From contig JANQIE010000310.1 of the NCBI GenBank assembly GCA_028282295.1, positions 1 through 22,723 on the forward strand: 22,723 nucleotides of DNA, written 5' to 3'. Each line of letters opens with the position of its first letter. Position 1 is the stretch's first letter. The notes beneath the pieces are model-generated. The model ran no database searches, was not told the DNA's origin, and was given only the letters and a program-made list of their open reading frames with translations. The translations under genes were made by a program, and so were the position numbers. This document shows, piece after piece, positions 1 to 7,013 of this stretch. The stretch is from Desulfobacterales bacterium. Lineage in GTDB: Bacteria; Desulfobacterota; Desulfobacteria; Desulfobacterales; JANQIE01.

Positions 1-128
1 AGGAAATAGGTCCTGTCCCCGTCTTGCGCGATTCATGACATGGTGCCATGCATTCGGATAATCGATTCTTAATGGTCGTGACATGGGTGCACGTATATCA
101 ATAGGGGTGACGTAAGTCAAACGGAGAC

Positions 129-187
129 TTGACCCCCAAATTAATTGAAATTGAAATTGACCCCCAAATTAAATTGACCCCCAAATC
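129..187. repeat. Three direct copies of the 13-mer TTGACCCCCAAAT (129-141, 157-169, 175-187) interleaved with TTGAAATTGAAATT. These lie in the 3' flank of the island operon.
   Basis: Direct reading of the sequence. A fourth related copy lies at 6242-6254. Confidence 0.85.
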
Positions 188-335
188 CCTGAATCCCTGG
201 ATTTTATGTCGATGATTTGTCAAGAGTTTCTACCATCCCTCTGCATAAGCTCCTAAATTTCCTGGGATTATGGTATATTGTGCATAATGCGTCAAGGGCA
301 GATTTGATCCCATTTTCATGGATGTCTCCGGACTC

Positions 336-977
336 CTAGTTGATAGCCACAAATATGGGGGTGCCTAAAATAACAGGCAATCCAGAGCGTCCGCTCCAGG
401 AGTATTCAAGGTTATCGGATGGATATGTTAGCAGTGTTTTCGCAAGAAAAGTCATATTCTGTTTAAGACCCGTCATTTGCGTCGTCGCTATCTCAATCGC
501 ACATAGAGTTTCTGATTCAATGGATTGCATGTTATTAGTTACTCCACCATGATTGCGAACTAGTTGCTCATTGAGTGCCGCAACAAGATAAGGTGTTGCC
601 GAGTGAGAGCATGGCGAGCTATCACCACTTCCTCCTATAATATGTTTCTCAGATCCACCGAGACCGATGACAACGTCACTTTTAGATCCAAAATATACTA
701 GTCCTGAATCGTACGGCCCCCATCTCATTTCTTTAGTATCTTTAAAATATTCTTTTGGCTCTTTAGTATTCCCGATTAGATTTTGTGTTGATAAGAACTT
801 TTCAATAATTTGAACTTTTGAATGTATTTTTTTTTCCTTAGGGATTTCAGAAAACTCCGTTTTAATGAGTTTCAGATCAATAGTAAGTTTACCAGCAACA
901 GTCTCCAAAAGTTTTTCTGGAATCTGTGAGTACAACATGTCGACTTTGCTCTCTGAAATATAAACATAATAACGCAT
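336..977 (-). CDS. Hypothetical protein (213 aa), last gene of the AT-rich island operon. No recognisable domain; contains a Gly/Ser-rich segment.
   Basis: Complete ORF with ATG at 977, preceded by a strong RBS (AAGGAGAAAAT). It lies 30 bp downstream of the preceding gene on the same strand. Its AT-rich codon usage matches its neighbours. Confidence 0.6.
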   Translation of the reverse strand: MRYYVYISESKVDMLYSQIPEKLLETVAGKLTIDLKLIKTEFSEIPKEKKIHSKVQIIEKFLSTQNLIGNTKEPKEYFKDTKEMRWGPYDSGLVYFGSKSDVVIGLGGSEKHIIGGSGDSSPCSHSATPYLVAALNEQLVRNHGGVTNNMQSIESETLCAIEIATTQMTGLKQNMTFLAKTLLTYPSDNLEYSWSGRSGLPVILGTPIFVAIN

Positions 978-1007
978 ATTTTCTCCTTTTGGCTGGTAAG
1001 TTGAATT

Positions 1008-2114
1008 TTATACTTCTAAAAATCCCCTTTTTTCAATATCTGAAATGCTAGATATAAGTTCGTCAATTTTCAAAAAATCTAATACCCACCAAGATCCAAT
1101 TCCACTGCTATATCCAGAAACGAATCCTTTTGGTGAGGAGTATTCTATATGAATATCAGGATGTAGTGCTTTTGCTAAATAACAACCGACTGCTTGTAAT
1201 TTGCTACCAGATGGTGTAAGTAATATTCTGTGGTCAACAGACAATTCCCAGTAAAGTTTCAGCAGCAACTGGACAGTTTCTTTGTAGTATAAAGTTGAGA
1301 CAGCCCTTTTCGGCAAAATGGCGCCTCGGCGTTTATCGTAATAAGTAGGGTTATCTTCTTGCCACTCTTTTCTAAGTTTATCATGAATCCATGCCGTTGC
1401 TTCTTCTCTCCATTTGTGCACAGGCGGTTTTCCGTTGATCAATAAAAGTCTGCACGGATATACACTATTAAGAATAGATTGCGTGAGGATGTCATTAAAT
1501 GACATGAATACTATCGCTGCAGTAGGCTGCCCCTGCATAGCAACACTCGCAAGAGAGCTGGCGCTAACAACTCCATATACTCCATCAAAGATTTGAATAG
1601 ATGGTTGGTGTATTTTGTCAAGTTTTCGACATTTTTCAAACTCATCGATAGTCGGCCTATAAGCTTTGGCTTCAAAATAAATGATTTTAACTTTTACATC
1701 AGCATTCTTGCACGCGTTTAAAACAAGCATGATCTGTAGTTTGGACATTGTAGATATGTCTATAGTAACTCGCCTTGTTCTTGCTTCACGCAGCCTCGAA
1801 ATTATCTTGCTTTCAAAATCGCCTGGTTCAAATCTACTATATTCTATTATATCCTTATCCTGAATTGGTAAATTTATAGAAGATAGGTAGCTACGAACCT
1901 CTCCAAATTTATTTTCAGAATTAAATGGAATGAAACTTAGCAATATAGAAATTGATCCCATCTTAAATTGAACCGCATTTTTAAAGCCCAAAGTGCGGTC
2001 TTCAAAACCTGGTGAGTGAATAAATACTTCACCCTTGTCGATCACAACTTTTTCATTCAATTTCAGATCTGGCAACATACTGTTAAGATTGAGTGATGAA
2101 ATTGTCTCTTTCAT
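1008..2114 (-). CDS. Hypothetical protein (368 aa); speculative PD-(D/E)xK-like nuclease signature (NAD-x9-EAK).
   Basis: Complete ORF with ATG at 2114 and RBS GAGGGA. It lies 25 bp downstream of the kinase-NTPase gene. The segment ...TIDIS...NADVKVKIIYFEAKAY... fits a D-x(9)-E-x-K pattern, but this is not diagnostic. Confidence 0.6.
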   Translation of the reverse strand: MKETISSLNLNSMLPDLKLNEKVVIDKGEVFIHSPGFEDRTLGFKNAVQFKMGSISILLSFIPFNSENKFGEVRSYLSSINLPIQDKDIIEYSRFEPGDFESKIISRLREARTRRVTIDISTMSKLQIMLVLNACKNADVKVKIIYFEAKAYRPTIDEFEKCRKLDKIHQPSIQIFDGVYGVVSASSLASVAMQGQPTAAIVFMSFNDILTQSILNSVYPCRLLLINGKPPVHKWREEATAWIHDKLRKEWQEDNPTYYDKRRGAILPKRAVSTLYYKETVQLLLKLYWELSVDHRILLTPSGSKLQAVGCYLAKALHPDIHIEYSSPKGFVSGYSSGIGSWWVLDFLKIDELISSISDIEKRGFLEV

Positions 2115-2139
2115 AGACTATCCCTCATAACTTTATTTG

Positions 2140-4866
2140 TTAATCTAAATCATTGTATGCTGGATCATGATTATCTGACACTATCCTTTCGTCAGGAAAA
2201 AGAGTTAGTTGATTTTGAGTGCTTTGTGTCTGTTTCGGTTGTCTGCGTGTAATATAGCTTTTTTTGAAAGTATCAGGAAACAATAGGAGATTGTTGAATG
2301 CCTCGCAAGTCAGTTGGACACTGTCGCGCTTCGAGATAGCTAAGCTGCAAAAAGGAAGTAGTAGTCTCCGAAGATAAAGTCTGGGGACGAAGGTGCCCCG
2401 GATGCTCTTTCCCCGACTGTCACGCATAAATATTCCATAGCGAACAAGATCCCGGTATATTTCCTTGGCAATACCATCTATCCTGAACTCATCTATAATT
2501 TCTATGCGAAAAGCCATTCTTGGTACTTCTCTAACCGAATTGCCGTGCTTTATTTGATAGGGAGGCTCAAAAAGTAGAAATCTAGCAGCAGAAACAAACG
2601 CCTCGACAACGGCCTTGAGGTGATCTCCATATTCACCTCCACAAAATTTATAACTAAAACCATCATTCTCTAATAATTCGCATTCTTTTCTTATAATTTC
2701 GGGTGAGCTGGGATCATTTCTAGTAATAGAATTTAACCACTCTCCGCCTCTGTTGCGAAAAACACGGTCTTGAATAGCATCTTTAATTGGCAATGGTATT
2801 TCATTTTGTGTAAATTCATGTTGTGTAGACTCGGAAACCTGGTCGACCAAATCAGCTATAAGTTGAATCATTGTTCGAGTGTCACCTGACCATAAGTTAG
2901 AAAATATTTCATCCCCAAAGTAGTAAACTCTGGGTCTGGAGCGACCTCTCCTTTGTGAATCGCCAAGAATAGACGTAGATTTGCCATTTTTTTCATCCAA
3001 TTTTGTGCTTCGTAACCTGCGGGCAAATTCTGTTTTCGAAATATCAAAACGTCCTAGAATAAAATGTAGAGAGTTTTTACCCTCTAAAATGCGAGGGTCA
3101 AATTTCAATCTTTTAGAAAAAACCTCATTAAGAAATGCGAGTCTCTCTGATTCAGGTAAAAATAATGCTTCTTCACCCATATCAACGAGTTGATAGTCAT
3201 CTCCATCTTGAAGAATTTTGCCACTGGAGTCTTCTGAGACAAAGGTGCTTGATGCTTCGGTAGCTATTTTTGCAAGAAACTCGGAGGATCTTTGTAAAAA
3301 AAGTCGATTAAGTACACGTTGCATTCCAAACGAAACACGCGGTATAGAAAAATCATCTATAAAAAGTAGCACATAACGTTCCCCTATCCAATTGCAGCAT
3401 TTTCTTATTTTTCCAATAAAATTGGGCAACCATCTATGCTGTGACATGAGTTGATAGCCTGGAAAGGTATTGCGCATGTTATTTTTCGTGGGAAATTTCC
3501 ATTTAATTTCCTCCAGAACCGTACGAAAATGTTCTAAACTATCTTCACCCTCGACTAAGGTTATTGTGTCTTCTTCAGACATAAGTAATGATCTAACAAG
3601 TTTGATAAGATCATCAGAGGCGTTATCACCGAATCGGCCAGATCTGGCAGATTGCACTGAGAGTAGGTCGGCTAAGATACATAAGTTCGCATAACAAATT
3701 AACTGCGATTCATCTTCAATTGTTGGGTTAGTAGGGAAATGTGTAAATGCATCAGAAAAATCATTAGCATTTACATAAAAAGCGACAAATTGGGTTGGGG
3801 AATTATGTGAAGTAATCTCCTCACATTCAACCATCAATCTTTCGCTGAGGCGCCTCAGTAGCATAGTTTTCCCACAACCGCGAGGCCCTGTCAGAACTGT
3901 TGGGATATCTAGCGCAAGAATTTTTGATCTTGCAGGAACTTCTGGCACAAAAAGGAAACGCCACCATTCCCAACGATCACCTATCATCTCACTGACTTGA
4001 AATTGGCCAACGTTATGCTTTCGCTCCATAATTGGCGGCAAAAGATTACTATCTTTTTTAATTGCCGAACCGTTTGTACTTAATTCGTGTGATTGAGCCC
4101 GACGTTTAATGTCTTTTAGATGTTTAAGTAACTCAAATGGTTTTATACGCTCAGCGTTATTAGGCTCCTTGAGCAACTTGCTAAATATCTTTTTGATTGA
4201 TTTTAAAATCTGGCGGTCCGTGACGGACGATTTCGTGTAATCTACCTTTCTGACCATTTCATTGAAAATGTTAATGAGTCCTTCGTAGTCATCCCTATAT
4301 CTGGCTTGAGTACCAGTTGCGCCATAGCCAAAATCAGATACAAAAATAGGAACGCGTGATTCAAGAGAGTCATTTAGCGTAGAAGTTGATATGTCACCAA
4401 TAAGAATGTTGCCAGGATGTAAATCACCATGTCGCGAAACTCCATTATCTTGACAAGCATGAAGAACATGTAATATCTGATTGACAACAGAGTAAAGGAA
4501 ACTGGTTTGAACTTGTTTCACGCGATCAATATAACTTTTTAGATTTTCACCAGGTGATATGAAATCCCAAGCAGTATATTGGCATAAATGTATCTCGTTC
4601 TTATGTTTTATTGATGCGGTACCTAACTCATGGAAATGAACAACACCCTGGACAAGAGCTAACCTCATCACTTTTATAACCTCACTGTCCCAACCACTAT
4701 TTAGGTCATCAAAAATGAGTTTGATCGCTCTGTCTAAACCTGGAAGATCATTATGCTCCGCTCTGTATACATACCCTATTTTGCCTGCACCCACGAATTC
4801 TCGCAGAGTGTAGTTGCCTACAACTTTATCATTTAGATCTTTAAACCAAGATTTATTCGCGGCCAT
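2140..4866 (-). CDS. Fusion of a protein-kinase-like domain and a P-loop NTPase (908 aa), STAND/AAA+-like.
   Basis: Kinase-like motifs in the N-terminal domain: Gly-rich loop VGAGKIGYVYRA, Lys in AIKLI, catalytic loop HGDLHPGNILIG (Asp codon near nt ~4420) and DFG-like SDFGYG. Middle domain: Walker A GPRGCGKT (near nt ~3885) and Walker B-like VLLFIDDF. About 250 aa of C-terminal extension follow. Confidence 0.8.
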   Translation of the reverse strand: MAANKSWFKDLNDKVVGNYTLREFVGAGKIGYVYRAEHNDLPGLDRAIKLIFDDLNSGWDSEVIKVMRLALVQGVVHFHELGTASIKHKNEIHLCQYTAWDFISPGENLKSYIDRVKQVQTSFLYSVVNQILHVLHACQDNGVSRHGDLHPGNILIGDISTSTLNDSLESRVPIFVSDFGYGATGTQARYRDDYEGLINIFNEMVRKVDYTKSSVTDRQILKSIKKIFSKLLKEPNNAERIKPFELLKHLKDIKRRAQSHELSTNGSAIKKDSNLLPPIMERKHNVGQFQVSEMIGDRWEWWRFLFVPEVPARSKILALDIPTVLTGPRGCGKTMLLRRLSERLMVECEEITSHNSPTQFVAFYVNANDFSDAFTHFPTNPTIEDESQLICYANLCILADLLSVQSARSGRFGDNASDDLIKLVRSLLMSEEDTITLVEGEDSLEHFRTVLEEIKWKFPTKNNMRNTFPGYQLMSQHRWLPNFIGKIRKCCNWIGERYVLLFIDDFSIPRVSFGMQRVLNRLFLQRSSEFLAKIATEASSTFVSEDSSGKILQDGDDYQLVDMGEEALFLPESERLAFLNEVFSKRLKFDPRILEGKNSLHFILGRFDISKTEFARRLRSTKLDEKNGKSTSILGDSQRRGRSRPRVYYFGDEIFSNLWSGDTRTMIQLIADLVDQVSESTQHEFTQNEIPLPIKDAIQDRVFRNRGGEWLNSITRNDPSSPEIIRKECELLENDGFSYKFCGGEYGDHLKAVVEAFVSAARFLLFEPPYQIKHGNSVREVPRMAFRIEIIDEFRIDGIAKEIYRDLVRYGIFMRDSRGKSIRGTFVPRLYLRRLLLPFCSLAISKRDSVQLTCEAFNNLLLFPDTFKKSYITRRQPKQTQSTQNQLTLFPDERIVSDNHDPAYNDLD

Positions 4867-4920
4867 TTGTCTACCTATTTTGCAACATGCTATTAAACCG
4901 AAAAAATTCCAGACACTTAA

Positions 4921-6048
4921 TTAAGTTTTTTGGAACACAAGTGCTGATTCTTTTTTAGTTCCACGGCATTCTCTTCGAGATCTGCGAATATCTGGAATCG
5001 TATCCTCATATGTAGATATAAGTTGAAAGGATCCCAATATATTTTCAGTTTTAAATAGTTCTTTAGTAATTTTTGTCGTTTTCCCATTGCGAAAATTACC
5101 TTTTTGAGCATCACCAACAACAAGGATCATATAACCGCCTTCAAGGATCCCAGGTGCGAGCCTTATGCAAACTGATTTAATTAAATCTCTGAATGCTTGA
5201 ACTTTTTCACGACGGATATCTTCGACACCGTTCGGAATATTGCGCCTTATGAACCAAATGCGGAGTCTGTTATCTCGAACGTAATCTAACTCATTCATAT
5301 ATGGCGGACTAGTAATAACTGCATTGATGTTATTTGTGTGCGGAAATTTTCGGGCATCAATTTCTATAACCTTTTTTAATAGATTATAATTTTTAGGAGT
5401 GCGTCGAAATGTCCTTTTTATTTTCGCTTGAAGGCGTATAAGAACATCTCTTGGCTCATACATTTCAGGATAACTCTGTCTCGGAAATTTTTTGTCTCTC
5501 AGATAAGGAACTAAATGACTTGCCGGGTACGACAAGAAACCAGGACGTTGGTGATGAAGAATACCTAACAGGCATGCTAAAAGAAAATCGTCACCTATAT
5601 CAACACATGCGTCACGAAATGCTAACGCATGCTTTAGTGTGGTTGGGTGAAAAAAATTACGAACCCACTTAGGAACTGATCGTAGGTCTTGTTTTGCGTG
5701 GCGATTTCTTGAAAGTTCCCAAGCTATTTTTAATCTTGACTCAGCATCAAGTAAGTTTTCAGGTGGGAATAACTTAGCTCGCGTGAGCAAGGCTGCATAT
5801 GGATTCCAATCAGCAGCAATAACTGGTCTGCCAGCTGCAACTGCCTCCAATGCTACAACACCAGAACCACAAAATGGATCGATAATCAAATCCCCAATCT
5901 TTGTATATTTTTTTATAAGCGATGAGGCTATAGATGTTTTCATTCTACCTATATAAGGCGCTATTTGGTGAAAAGTCCAATCATACTTGAGGGTTGCTTT
6001 GTTGGTCCAGATCGGATTCAAGGACGAGCTATCACAATTTCTGTCCAT
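4921..6048 (-). CDS. DNA methyltransferase of the N4-cytosine/N6-adenine family (375 aa).
   Basis: The N-terminal block FHQIAPYIGRMKTSIASSLIKKYTKIGDLIIDPFCGSGVVALEAVAAGRPVIAADWNPYAALLTRAKL matches the AdoMet-binding region of N6_N4 MTases (motif I DPFxGSG). Catalytic motif IV TSPPY lies near nt ~5300. ATG at 6048 with RBS GGTGA. Confidence 0.8.
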   Translation of the reverse strand: MDRNCDSSSLNPIWTNKATLKYDWTFHQIAPYIGRMKTSIASSLIKKYTKIGDLIIDPFCGSGVVALEAVAAGRPVIAADWNPYAALLTRAKLFPPENLLDAESRLKIAWELSRNRHAKQDLRSVPKWVRNFFHPTTLKHALAFRDACVDIGDDFLLACLLGILHHQRPGFLSYPASHLVPYLRDKKFPRQSYPEMYEPRDVLIRLQAKIKRTFRRTPKNYNLLKKVIEIDARKFPHTNNINAVITSPPYMNELDYVRDNRLRIWFIRRNIPNGVEDIRREKVQAFRDLIKSVCIRLAPGILEGGYMILVVGDAQKGNFRNGKTTKITKELFKTENILGSFQLISTYEDTIPDIRRSRRECRGTKKESALVFQKT

Positions 6049-6241
6049 AGAAATATCACCATAAAAAAATAATAATAAAGTACTTGTTATTATAAAATAG
6101 TTAAAAGCATGAATATATGGGGGGCCTGCCTTTAACTTAATTGAAAATCAAAAAAAATGCACAAAAAACAGGGCAAAATAAATAAAATGTGCAAAAAGAT
6201 CATGGAGTATTATTTAAATCATAGATTTGAAAATTAGATTT

Positions 6242-6265
6242 TTGACCCGAAAATTCATTGAAATT
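6242..6265. promoter_or_regulatory. The 24-bp element TTGACCCGAAAATTCATTGAAATT, a 21/24 direct-repeat match to 129-152 (TTGACCCCCAAATTAATTGAAATT). It lies in the promoter region upstream of the methyltransferase gene.
   Basis: Direct comparison of the two sites. Both are in the same orientation and bracket the four-gene operon. Confidence 0.7.
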
Positions 6266-6355
6266 CTAAGGTGATGGCTCCTCTCCTACTATCAGTACTT
6301 TTTCTTAAAAAGCATAAAATTGAGTGAAGATTGCAATTTGTGGTCCAGTTTAATA

Positions 6356-6694
6356 TTAACATTCAGTTGGGTTGGAAATAAGCGTCTCAATAACCTCATC
6401 GAAGTTTTGGTCGCTGAACTGCTTGGGATCGCTATTAGGATAATCCGCGTCTGTTATTTTAAACCGAAAACTATTTCGATTTAGGTCAATTCTTGGATAG
6501 GTAAATTCAAGTAGCTGGATCGGAACGGAGGAGTCAGGTTTTGGGTAATTGTTTTTCTTTATCAAGTTGCGTAGCGCTTCGGATACCTTGAGTCCTTCGA
6601 TTTTTATCCAGCGTTGAATGTCGTCAGCAGATTTTTTAGGTAATTCCGTTATCGGGGTTGTGCTGATGAGCGTTAGATCTGGCTTTTTGGTCAT
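6356..6694 (-). CDS. Small hypothetical protein (112 aa from M21; 132 aa if started at 6754); possible ribbon-helix-helix-like regulator.
   Basis: The ORF lies in the AT-rich island upstream of the operon, on the same strand. The internal Met (MTKKPDL...) is preceded by GAGGAGG at good spacing, so 6694 is preferred over 6754. The N-terminal segment LTLISTTPITELPKK...SEALRNLIKK loosely resembles an RHH fold. Confidence 0.4.
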   Translation of the reverse strand: MTKKPDLTLISTTPITELPKKSADDIQRWIKIEGLKVSEALRNLIKKNNYPKPDSSVPIQLLEFTYPRIDLNRNSFRFKITDADYPNSDPKQFSDQNFDEVIETLISNPTEC

Positions 6695-7013
6695 CTTGCG
6701 CCTCCTCGAAGATCCATCTTGTAATTGCACCAGTGAACGGATACACTTTTCCATTCACCTTTTGGCTGGCCGGTATCAAAGGCCTCTATATAATGCTACA
6801 TTAGATACCCATCATCCTTTCGGAACAGGGATTTTCAATTTCTTGAGGACTTTTTTAAGATAACGTCTTTTGCTTTCACTCAAAGTACCGACCCACTCCG
6901 TCATTAAGCCAATGGTATTAAGTAGCTTTCTGGATTCCGGCGTTCGCCGGAATGACGGCAACTCAGAGTGACTGAGTTCTGCGTTAATTACGTGCGCTCT
7001 CTTACGAGTAAAT

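Noticed and set aside
340-552. 70-aa plus-strand ORF overlapping the 213-aa minus-strand gene.
   Set aside because: It is fully embedded antisense to a better-supported gene that has a strong RBS. It has no RBS of its own and is probably spurious.
2140-6048. Assigning this operon to classical Pgl/BREX type 2.
   Set aside because: A kinase, a methyltransferase and an ATPase are present. However, the proteins are far smaller than PglW/PglX, the kinase and ATPase are fused, and no PglZ-like alkaline phosphatase gene is present. This is therefore an analogy only, not an assignment.
6755-7013. A tRNA or integrase attachment site at the island junction.
   Set aside because: I could find no tRNA-like cloverleaf (no GTTCGAATC-type T-arm, no acceptor-stem pairing) and no integrase gene in the window. 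Only a hairpin repeat is present. The integration mechanism is therefore left open.
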